Virus record (IMG/VR): IMGVR_UViG_3300031354_000001
Location: 1 to 11,119 of that record
Origin: a virus
Lineage: Duplodnaviria > Heunggongvirae > Uroviricota > Caudoviricetes
Length of the DNA: 11,119 nt
Direction: 5' to 3' (one strand)
Position numbers and translations under genes: made by a program. Positions 1 through 6,256 of the stretch are shown piece by piece (position 1 is the first letter of the stretch; every line of letters starts with the position of its first letter). Below the pieces are notes generated by a model that worked only from the letters and a program-made list of their open reading frames with translations, did not search any database and was not told the DNA's origin.

Positions 1-205
1 CCCCCCTATCCTCGGAATAATTTTGCCACGCACCATTTGTTGTAAGAAATACTATTGCCCCAGTAAGTGCAGCCTGCTCCCCATATTCTTGGAAAACAAC
101 TGCCAGATATTCATATAATAGTGGCTGTGATAATTTAATATCATCTAATAGTTCATTTATATTTGCATCTTCGAGATTTGGAAAGTGGTCTTTTGTTATG
201 AGCAT
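1..205 (-). CDS. Hypothetical helical protein, truncated at the window edge; paralog of 606..812
   Basis: Hand-translated from ATG at 205: MLITKDHFPNLEDANINELLDDIKLSQPLLYEYLAVVFQEYGEQAALTGAIVFLTTNGAWQNYSEDRG..., open to the edge. Overlaps the Nudix stop. Shares the DI..(S/A)QPLL..YL and A(A/L)L(T/S)G.IV(F/Y)L segments with 606..812. Confidence 0.75.
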   Translation of the reverse strand, partial: MLITKDHFPNLEDANINELLDDIKLSQPLLYEYLAVVFQEYGEQAALTGAIVFLTTNGAWQNYSEDRG

Positions 206-615
206 AGGAATGGATTTAATCCTTGTTCTAAAGCTTGTCTTGTTCCAGGCATTAATGGAGTTGGGAGATTTTTCCAACTATACCAATCCCAAGGACCATT
301 TTTATCTGGTTCTAATGATAATGGTTTCTGATATTTAGGCATATCTGCTACCATTAATATCAAAACATAGTGTTTATTTTCATTTGGAAAAATAGTATTT
401 TGAACATGCCAAAATTTTACTTCTTCTAAAATAATTCCAGTTTCTTCTTTTACTTCTCGAATAGCACATTCTTCAAAGGATTCACCGTATTCAAGATGAC
501 CACCTGGCGTAGACCACATTCCATAGGCATGATTACTTTTTCGTTTTGCTAATAAAATGAGGCCATTATTTCTTATAGTAACTCCAACACCTACTTGTGG
601 TCTATTTATTTGCAC
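196..615 (-). CDS. Nudix hydrolase (MutT/NUDT15-like nucleotide triphosphatase)
   Basis: Complete Nudix box GGHLEYGESFEECAIREVKEETGI (Gx5Ex7REUxEExGU); N-terminal RPQVGVGV strand; 139 aa. Confidence 0.95.
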   Translation of the reverse strand: MQINRPQVGVGVTIRNNGLILLAKRKSNHAYGMWSTPGGHLEYGESFEECAIREVKEETGIILEEVKFWHVQNTIFPNENKHYVLILMVADMPKYQKPLSLEPDKNGPWDWYSWKNLPTPLMPGTRQALEQGLNPFLCS

Positions 616-812
616 AATGCATTCTCCACAGCAAGATATACAATTATTCCAGATAACAACGCTTCATCAGACAATAATGACAAATATTTTAATAACAATG
701 GTTGGGCTATTAATATATCTTTCACATATATTTCAATCCAAGCTTCCTTCGCTTCCTTTTCTTCTGGAATCATGGGAAGATGTTGTGGTAGTATCATTGG
801 TAACTTTTTCAT
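606..812 (-). CDS. Hypothetical protein (QPLL family)
   Basis: 68-aa ORF overlapping both neighbours; similar to <1..205. Confidence 0.75.
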   Translation of the reverse strand: MKKLPMILPQHLPMIPEEKEAKEAWIEIYVKDILIAQPLLLKYLSLLSDEALLSGIIVYLAVENALCK

Positions 813-1018
813 TGTTCCCTTATTTCTACCTCACAGAAATGATCTACATAAAATCTTCCATCATAAAAGAATAGATTTGCTCCTGCATCCCATATTCTAT
901 TTGGAAGAATCAGATATAGTCCACCATCATCTGATACAAATGCTTCCCGTCCCGAATTAATAATCCATTCAAAGGACTTAATCCCTATAGAGTGTTGTTT
1001 CTTTAGGCTAATTTTCAT
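809..1018 (-). CDS. Hypothetical protein (VDHFC family)
   Basis: 69 aa; clear paralog of 1008..1214 (SG.EAF...G.LYLI...IW.A.A......F.VDHFCEV.I.E). Confidence 0.8.
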   Translation of the reverse strand: MKISLKKQHSIGIKSFEWIINSGREAFVSDDGGLYLILPNRIWDAGANLFFYDGRFYVDHFCEVEIREQ

Positions 1019-1048
1019 TGATTGTTACCTCACAGAAATGATCTACAT
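827..1048. repeat. 23-bp perfect direct repeat tacctcacagaaatgatctacat (827..849 and 1026..1048)
   Basis: Identical 23-mers encoding the VDHFCEV segment in both paralogs. Confidence 0.9.
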
Positions 1049-1214
1049 GGAATGTTCCAGAACACATTATAGATTTAGCTGCTGCTCCCCATATATACTC
1101 ATGGCCAATTAAATACAATGTTCCTCTTTCGATAAAAGCTTCATGTCCCGACTTCAATAATTGATCTGTACTATATGTACCTTCATGATATTCACTTTTA
1201 AGATTAATCTTCAT
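1008..1214 (-). CDS. Hypothetical protein (VDHFC family)
   Basis: Start moved to ATG 1214 (MKINLK), which has GGAG upstream and aligns with MKISLK of the paralog. The longer 1286 start lies inside the ligase. Confidence 0.8.
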   Translation of the reverse strand: MKINLKSEYHEGTYSTDQLLKSGHEAFIERGTLYLIGHEYIWGAAAKSIMCSGTFHVDHFCEVTINEN

Positions 1215-2247
1215 CGCGTTTTCTCCAAAATCGTGCTTCCTTGGGAATCCCATCATCTGATAGTTCCCGATACTTAAATTCAACAAGACTATTCAATGGA
1301 AACTCAGGATGATTATAGTTATTGATTTCCAAACCCGGATAATCCATTGCTTGTTTCCTGGCTGGCTCGTTTTCAATTAACCTCTGGGCATCCGTTAGCC
1401 CAGATAATTTTAAAATCTTTCCATCATAGACGACAACCAACGCTCCGACCATTCCATGCAACCGTCCGGTCTTCCCATATTCACCGGAAATATAGCCGAT
1501 GACTTTTCCTTCGGCAGTGAACCACGGTTTATATTTTAAAAGATGATGTGTTCGCTCGGTAACATACTTTGCTGCTCCCCATCGAACCATACAACCTTCG
1601 CCACCACGCTCCAAGAAATAATCAAGCTTCTTGTCCAATTCTTCTTTTGCCAAAGAATCACTCAGAGGCAGACGCTCTTGCTCAACTACTGTTACGAACC
1701 TCGAATTGACACAACGGTTTTTCATAGCAATGTATCGTAACTCGAATGGCCAGTCTTCCTTTGCCGGATTGACTCCTCTTGACTCCGTCCACGGCCGTGC
1801 ATCCTTAATGAAGAATGAATAATCATTTCGGATTTTAATCTCACGGTCATCGAATACGGTCATTGTCGGAATATCGAATGCCATGAAGTTAACGATATTC
1901 CAATCATAGTCGCTGTTTAAACATGAAATTATTTTCCTAAGTTTTTGGAACTGACCATATCCAATGAATAGCTCACCATCAAGCATCGTATTTGGCAGCG
2001 TATCAAGCCACCAATCTGGTGCATGAATAATCTTGCCAGATCGTGACCATAATCCTGTGGCAACCTGTTTTGTTAAATAGCGACTGTCTTTGATGCTATT
2101 TGCATATGGTACAGCCTCTACAGCACAGCCACGAGATATTCCGCCATCCCAAAAGGCTCTCGTACCATCGAGCTTCTCTGAAACGAACCAACCACCGATG
2201 TTTTGATTTTTATATACATGAGCCAGTGTCAGATATTCTTGTTTCAT
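1204..2247 (-). CDS. lig: ATP-dependent DNA ligase (compact phage type)
   Basis: Motif I SEKLDGTRA (KxDG), III LDGELF, IIIa FMAFDI, IV EGCMVR, V LLKYKP, then an OB-fold C-terminus ending GIPKEARFWRKR; 347 aa. Confidence 0.95.
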   Translation of the reverse strand: MKQEYLTLAHVYKNQNIGGWFVSEKLDGTRAFWDGGISRGCAVEAVPYANSIKDSRYLTKQVATGLWSRSGKIIHAPDWWLDTLPNTMLDGELFIGYGQFQKLRKIISCLNSDYDWNIVNFMAFDIPTMTVFDDREIKIRNDYSFFIKDARPWTESRGVNPAKEDWPFELRYIAMKNRCVNSRFVTVVEQERLPLSDSLAKEELDKKLDYFLERGGEGCMVRWGAAKYVTERTHHLLKYKPWFTAEGKVIGYISGEYGKTGRLHGMVGALVVVYDGKILKLSGLTDAQRLIENEPARKQAMDYPGLEINNYNHPEFPLNSLVEFKYRELSDDGIPKEARFWRKRDED

Positions 2248-2465
2248 CGTTCTTTTAAAAATCTTTCATAATCTAATATGCCTTGCTCATAAAACCATTG
2301 CTCCCATGTTTCCCATTCATAATCATGGTTGCTTTCTATATATTCTATAGCAGACTGATTACTTTTTATATAGTCTTTAATACCAGCATAGTAATATTTT
2401 AAACCTTTTTCTTCTACGTCTCTTGGTTTAAAATTTATATCTATTTCCATATTAGTGCTATCCAA
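2244..2465 (-). CDS. Hypothetical protein
   Basis: 73-aa ORF with a 4-nt overlap onto the ligase start. Confidence 0.65.
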   Translation of the reverse strand: MDSTNMEIDINFKPRDVEEKGLKYYYAGIKDYIKSNQSAIEYIESNHDYEWETWEQWFYEQGILDYERFLKER

Positions 2466-2584
2466 AATAGGTGATATCCGAAGTTAAAGTACAATCCTAT
2501 TTCGCCATTATGTTTATATGGTATAATACTATATTGTTTATTTAAGCCACAAGAATCATCGCAATGTCCGAAATCAAACTTCAT
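2441..2584 (-). CDS. Hypothetical protein; possible divergent member of the beta-strand family at 2828..3489
   Basis: Likely start MKFDFG (ATG 2584). C-terminal EIGLYFNFGYHLFWIALIW resembles EIDFNIELGPLLVWFSIIL of 2828..3007. Confidence 0.6.
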   Translation of the reverse strand: MKFDFGHCDDSCGLNKQYSIIPYKHNGEIGLYFNFGYHLFWIALIWK

Positions 2585-2831
2585 TGTAGCCTCTCCAACA
2601 TATGTCACATAGAATATCACTTCCACGTAGTTTCACGTCACTTTTATTTTTATGGCACTTATCGCACTTTAAGTTTCCGTTCTTCATTGACTCTATAAAA
2701 TCAATAAATCCTTCGACACCTTCTTCATGGATGCCTCTAACTGTTGCATACCATTCATCTCTATTTTTGTTATCAAGTGTAGCAAGATAAATTTCTGACA
2801 ACTCTAAAAGTCTATTTTTACTATAACTCAT
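2574..2831 (-). CDS. Hypothetical protein with a C-terminal C4 zinc ribbon
   Basis: CDKC-x15-CDIC; ATGA overlap with the upstream gene. Confidence 0.7.
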   Translation of the reverse strand: MSYSKNRLLELSEIYLATLDNKNRDEWYATVRGIHEEGVEGFIDFIESMKNGNLKCDKCHKNKSDVKLRGSDILCDICWRGYNEV

Positions 2832-3007
2832 AGTAGATTCTTATTGTGTAAAATAATTGAAAACCAAACTAAAAGTGGACCGAGTTCAATATTGAAATCT
2901 ATTTCTTCGGACAACTTAGACCAAGCTATTGTCGGACCAATTCCCCAGATATCCCAATAGAAACAAAACCCTAATTCAAATTTCCAGATTCTAATTCTTT
3001 TTGTCAT
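2828..3007 (-). CDS. Small aromatic/Gly-rich beta-strand protein (array member 4)
   Basis: Not in the ORF track; hand-translated 59 aa MTKRIRIWKFELGFCFYWDIWGIGPTIAWSKLSEEIDFNIELGPLLVWFSIILHNKNLL; ATGA overlaps at both ends. Confidence 0.8.
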   Translation of the reverse strand: MTKRIRIWKFELGFCFYWDIWGIGPTIAWSKLSEEIDFNIELGPLLVWFSIILHNKNLL

Positions 3008-3180
3008 AACTTATTCCTATTAATGTTAATACTAAATCCAATATCCAATATGCCTATACCGATATTAAAATACACATATCCAATCAACTTATTCCAATAA
3101 ATATCTACTCCAAGACCTATAATAGAGGTGCACCACGATAAAGATAATTCGAATCTCCAAATTTTAATTGTCTTTTTCAT
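3004..3180 (-). CDS. Small aromatic/Gly-rich beta-strand protein (array member 3)
   Basis: Not in the ORF track; 58 aa MKKTIKIWRFELSLSWCTSIIGLGVDIYWNKLIGYVYFNIGIGILDIGFSININRNKL; aligns without gaps to 2828..3007. Confidence 0.8.
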   Translation of the reverse strand: MKKTIKIWRFELSLSWCTSIIGLGVDIYWNKLIGYVYFNIGIGILDIGFSININRNKL

Positions 3181-3338
3181 GGAACTTCCTTATAAAAATA
3201 ATCAATTGAAAATAACAATGGCCCTAAATATAATGAAAACTTCAATGATGGATATTCCAGATAGTTACATAATTGAAATTCGACCCCAAAACCACATCTC
3301 TTTAAATTAATATTGGAATAAAAAAGAAATCTATTCAT
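3177..3338 (-). CDS. Small aromatic/Gly-rich beta-strand protein (array member 2)
   Basis: Likely start MNRFLF (ATG 3338); GFGVEF...FSLYLGPLLFSID matches the other members. Confidence 0.75.
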   Translation of the reverse strand: MNRFLFYSNINLKRCGFGVEFQLCNYLEYPSLKFSLYLGPLLFSIDYFYKEVP

Positions 3339-3489
3339 AGTATGTATCCCACCAAATTTCAATTGGTCCTAGCCACAATGAAAATAGGAATGTATTCTTT
3401 ACAGTAAATGAATAATGAAAGCCTAATCCGAAAAGTTTCCAAGAATAAGCGATTCCAAAGCTACCATTTTTAATCAATTGTATTAACAT
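3331..3489 (-). CDS. Small aromatic/Gly-rich beta-strand protein (array member 1)
   Basis: Not in the ORF track; 52 aa MLIQLIKNGSFGIAYSWKLFGLGFHYSFTVKNTFLFSLWLGPIEIWWDTYYE; shares the GLG and LGP motifs. Confidence 0.75.
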   Translation of the reverse strand: MLIQLIKNGSFGIAYSWKLFGLGFHYSFTVKNTFLFSLWLGPIEIWWDTYYE

Positions 3490-3763
3490 CTAATATCCTC
3501 CTATATTCGTTGGATTCTGTATCATCGACAATCTCAAATACTTTACTTTCCAGCCAATCTCTCCATCCTGGATGCTTCTTAAACCAGTTTTGTCCAAGAA
3601 GATATTGCCCAATAATACAGAAATCCAATATCTTGACAGTGTTAATAACAATTTCTGGTTTTATTGGTGGACAATAATAGTCTCCTGGCTCTCCTGGCAC
3701 AAATGTATAGTATATATCGGCAGCACAATTATATTTGCCAATTTTAAAATCAATTATCATCAT
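3470..3763 (-). CDS. Hypothetical protein
   Basis: 97-aa ORF in the overlapping gene run; no motif recognised. Confidence 0.7.
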   Translation of the reverse strand: MMIIDFKIGKYNCAADIYYTFVPGEPGDYYCPPIKPEIVINTVKILDFCIIGQYLLGQNWFKKHPGWRDWLESKVFEIVDDTESNEYRRILDVNTID

Positions 3764-3957
3764 AGCTCCTTGTAATATCTAAGATGCCTCTCAATAAAAT
3801 CTCGTATTAAAATTGGACATAGATTTTTAATAATATGCTCAGGTAGGAAATCTTTTGGAAACGATTTTTCTATTATTTTTTGGTCAATAAGCCAAACAGA
3901 TAGAGTACCATCACTTAGTTGGCAATCAAACATTCCATATTCAAATCTTTTTATCAT
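3760..3957 (-). CDS. Hypothetical protein (FxY beta-beta-beta-alpha family)
   Basis: 65 aa; AAGG RBS; FEYGMFDCQLSDGTLSVWLIDQKIIE aligns without gaps to FYYKGFRVTVFEGYFTVSLKGKVAIE of 4259..4447. Confidence 0.7.
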   Translation of the reverse strand: MIKRFEYGMFDCQLSDGTLSVWLIDQKIIEKSFPKDFLPEHIIKNLCPILIRDFIERHLRYYKEL

Positions 3958-3966
3958 AATATACCT

Positions 3967-4305
3967 TTAATCAAATTCGATGATTCCATATTCATTATCC
4001 GATATTGAGTAGAAACAGCGTTTGACACCATGAAACTTCATAATCTGTCGGCACTTTCGACAGGGCCTTGCTTTCGCTAACTCACCAGATCGAAGTACCC
4101 TTACGACATAGACAATGCCACCGAATCCGAGCTTCTTAACAACGCGGGCTTCAGCGTGGGCGTGGGGCTCAGGCTGTCGATTGGGAAGGTTGTTTGATTT
4201 TACAATTGCACCATCGGCTCTTAGACCGATTGCACCGAGTCGATGCTGGCGCTTCTTGTCACCATTTATTGCTATCTTTTTTGCTTCGCGGAAATATTTT
4301 TTCAT
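3967..4305 (-). CDS. Zn-dependent cytidine/deoxycytidylate deaminase-fold protein
   Basis: HAEA and PCRKC zinc motifs (HxE...PCxxC); HRLGAIG strand and GVKRCFYS tail; 112 aa. Confidence 0.9.
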   Translation of the reverse strand: MKKYFREAKKIAINGDKKRQHRLGAIGLRADGAIVKSNNLPNRQPEPHAHAEARVVKKLGFGGIVYVVRVLRSGELAKARPCRKCRQIMKFHGVKRCFYSISDNEYGIIEFD

Positions 4306-4447
4306 TGCTTTTCAATTCTAGGATTAGGTCAATTGCATCTTCTTTATTTCCACGTCTTGTTATTTCAATAGCTACTTTGCCCTTTAAAGATACAGTGAAA
4401 TATCCTTCAAAAACAGTTACTCGGAATCCTTTGTAGTAGAATGACAT
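4259..4447 (-). CDS. Hypothetical protein (FxY family)
   Basis: 62 aa starting MSFYYKGFRVTV; similar to 4417..4605. Confidence 0.65.
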   Translation of the reverse strand: MSFYYKGFRVTVFEGYFTVSLKGKVAIEITRRGNKEDAIDLILELKSNEKIFPRSKKDSNKW

Positions 4448-4605
4448 ACTTTATTCTCCACTAATGTGTCTATAATGATTTTAGCTTCAATCTCTGGCTG
4501 TGCTACACGCACATTGGTCACAACAAAGGAGTCTTTTATTATGGAGTAATTATTTTTGTCAACAGTTATTAAATATCCACGATAATTGAATTGCTTAATC
4601 TTCAT
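4417..4605 (-). CDS. Hypothetical protein (FxY family)
   Basis: Likely start MKIKQFNYRGYLITV (ATG 4605). Confidence 0.7.
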   Translation of the reverse strand: MKIKQFNYRGYLITVDKNNYSIIKDSFVVTNVRVAQPEIEAKIIIDTLVENKVCHSTTKDSE

Positions 4606-4650
4606 AGCTTCTCGCTTTATTAAAATCAAGATTCGTTCTAAAATATCTTA

Positions 4651-4767
4651 TCATTGTACTGCCTTAATAGCTGGAACAATGATATACCAAATCAAAAGAT
4701 ACCAGAAAAGTAATGGAATAGAAAAAGCAATAATTGTGGCAGCAACAAATAGTAGAAACTTTTTCAT
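4651..4767 (-). CDS. Small hydrophobic membrane peptide (38 aa)
   Basis: Not in the ORF track; AAGGAG RBS; MKKFLLFVAATIIAFSIPLLFWYLLIWYIIVPAIKAVQ. Confidence 0.7.
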   Translation of the reverse strand: MKKFLLFVAATIIAFSIPLLFWYLLIWYIIVPAIKAVQ

Positions 4768-4776
4768 TTCAACTCC

Positions 4777-4980
4777 TTAACAAGAACCAAATCTGTAAGA
4801 TTTAAAACAATTGTATTCGTCTGTTGGATAAAATCCTAAAGACCTTAATACTTTAAGATCATTTTCCGTCACTAATTTGTACTCTACATCGACATATAAA
4901 ATATCATGTTCACAGTGTGTTGGGTATTCGGAGTTACTATATTTTAGAAATATTTGCAACGCCTTTATTAAATCACTCAT
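4777..4980 (-). CDS. Conserved phage hypothetical protein (ALQIFLKY...PTHCEHD type)
   Basis: 67 aa; the LIKALQIFLKY-PTHCEHD-LGF-FGS pattern is one I recall from unannotated phage proteins; not verified by search. Confidence 0.75.
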   Translation of the reverse strand: MSDLIKALQIFLKYSNSEYPTHCEHDILYVDVEYKLVTENDLKVLRSLGFYPTDEYNCFKSYRFGSC

Positions 4981-5171
4981 TTCAAATCCCTATCTACAAT
5001 GGAACAAAGATAATGTTTAATGGCCCTCTTCACTTTTGCTTCCGAAGAATAAAGCTGCAAATCAATTTGAATCCTGCCTTTTTTAAGTGCAACTTGATAT
5101 GGTTTTTCTCCATCGATCCATGTGATAATAAACTCAAGATCGCCAAATGCAAAGGTCTTAGGTAGGATCAT
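4977..5171 (-). CDS. Hypothetical protein
   Basis: 64 aa, overlapping neighbours; predicted beta-beta-beta-alpha pattern. Confidence 0.65.
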   Translation of the reverse strand: MILPKTFAFGDLEFIITWIDGEKPYQVALKKGRIQIDLQLYSSEAKVKRAIKHYLCSIVDRDLK

Positions 5172-5314
5172 TATAGTTGCCTTAGATCAATTAGTATGTG
5201 ATTATTTTCTTTTACAACCTTATTAATGGAATAATCAAAACTAATTGTTGCCAACTCCACATCAAGAGAATCATCAAATTCTGACAACAGTTCTTTTAGT
5301 TCTTTTACTTTCAT
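5171..5314 (-). CDS. Small phage protein (MKVKEL..L..FD type)
   Basis: Not in the ORF track; 47 aa MKVKELKELLSEFDDSLDVELATISFDYSINKVVKENNHILIDLRQL; fills the gap exactly, overlapping both neighbours. Confidence 0.75.
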   Translation of the reverse strand: MKVKELKELLSEFDDSLDVELATISFDYSINKVVKENNHILIDLRQL

Positions 5315-5490
5315 TGCACAATTTCCTTAAATTTATCGGATTCGTAAAGCAAAGTATTTAAAAGCAAAATTGTTCTACTTACTTCTTGTCTAAATGGATC
5401 AAGTGGATCTTCATCATGCCATTGCTTTAATACTTCTGGATCAATTGTGCCAACCAAAATAGGCCCATACCATGTTTTCTTATACTTCAT
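5311..5490 (-). CDS. Hypothetical protein
   Basis: Likely start MKYKKTWYG (ATG 5490); ATGA overlap downstream. Confidence 0.65.
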   Translation of the reverse strand: MKYKKTWYGPILVGTIDPEVLKQWHDEDPLDPFRQEVSRTILLLNTLLYESDKFKEIVQ

Positions 5491-5653
5491 TTTCCATCCA
5501 ATCAATAAATTGTTGAGCAAAATTTAAAGCTTTTTGTTGTGTCGGAAAATCAGCTTTAGTAAATAGAAAATTAACTCCAATGACTTTAAGATCATAACCA
5601 TAGTTTGTTGGTATGATCTGGATTTCCGCTATTTTATAACTATATGTTAGCAT
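5480..5653 (-). CDS. Hypothetical protein (beta-beta-beta-alpha, FxY-like)
   Basis: Not in the ORF track; 57 aa MLTYSYKIAEIQIIPTNYGYDLKVIGVNFLFTKADFPTQQKALNFAQQFIDWMENEV. Confidence 0.7.
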   Translation of the reverse strand: MLTYSYKIAEIQIIPTNYGYDLKVIGVNFLFTKADFPTQQKALNFAQQFIDWMENEV

Positions 5654-5707
5654 TTCTTAAAACCTGTACCAAATGTCTCAAGATCAAATATTCCACGTCC
5701 ATTTATT

Positions 5708-6070
5708 TTAACAGCATTTTATGTTCAATTTTCTATTTAATAGTTGTGGAGTTAGCCTCATTTTATATTCACCAAGCATTACTGTTTCAATGAATAATCT
5801 TTGAATCTGTTTTGAAAAACTCCAAAACCAGCACTCAACAGAATTATCTTCATTATGTGAATTACTGAATATTAATTCAGTTTTAAACACAACTAATCTT
5901 TGATTATTTTCAAATTCTTTAATAACATATTGGTCAAGATAGTCTAACTCTAAATAATCTCCAATAAATATTCTTTCTGATTTGGTATTTTTAAGAATAA
6001 ACTCAGCTTTCTTAAGAATTAATGCTGGATAATAATCTTCCATTACAATCAGTAGTTCATCTAAATTCAT
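5708..6070 (-). CDS. Hypothetical protein
   Basis: GGAG RBS before ATG 6070 (MNLDELL); 120 aa; no motif recognised. Confidence 0.7.
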   Translation of the reverse strand: MNLDELLIVMEDYYPALILKKAEFILKNTKSERIFIGDYLELDYLDQYVIKEFENNQRLVVFKTELIFSNSHNEDNSVECWFWSFSKQIQRLFIETVMLGEYKMRLTPQLLNRKLNIKCC

Positions 6071-6099
6071 TTTATTCTCCAATAATAAAAGTAATACAG

Positions 6100-6172
6100 T
6101 CCGGCAGGGAGGAATCGAACCTCCGACCCATGCTTTATAAGAACATTGCTCTAACCACTGAGCTACTGCCGG
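6100..6172 (-). tRNA. trnI: tRNA-Ile, anticodon TAT (reads AUA)
   Basis: Cloverleaf CCGGCAG-TA-GCTC AGTGGTTA GAGC-A-ATGTT CTTATAA AGCAT-GGGTC-GGAGG TTCGATT CCTCC-CTGCCGG-A; no encoded CCA. Confidence 0.93.
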
Positions 6173-6176
6173 ATAG

Positions 6177-6250
6177 TGATCCCGGTGGGACTTGAACCCA
6201 CGGCCTACGGATTAAAAGTCCGTTGCTCTAGCCAACTGAGCTACGAGATC
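6177..6250 (-). tRNA. trnK: tRNA-Lys, anticodon TTT
   Basis: Cloverleaf GATCTCG-TA-GCTC AGTTGGCTA GAGC-A-ACGGA CTTTTAA TCCGT-AGGCC-GTGGG TTCAAGT CCCAC-CGGGATC-A; no encoded CCA. Confidence 0.95.
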
Positions 6251-6256
6251 GTGATT

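Noticed and set aside
3967-6172. Deaminase as the enzyme that creates or edits the tRNA-Ile anticodon
   Set aside because: The UAU anticodon is already genomically encoded, so no C-to-U or A-to-I editing is needed, and nothing in the sequence links the two.
6100-6250. tRNAs as an integration site or prophage boundary
   Set aside because: No integrase, no duplicated tRNA 3' end, and phage-like genes continue on both sides.
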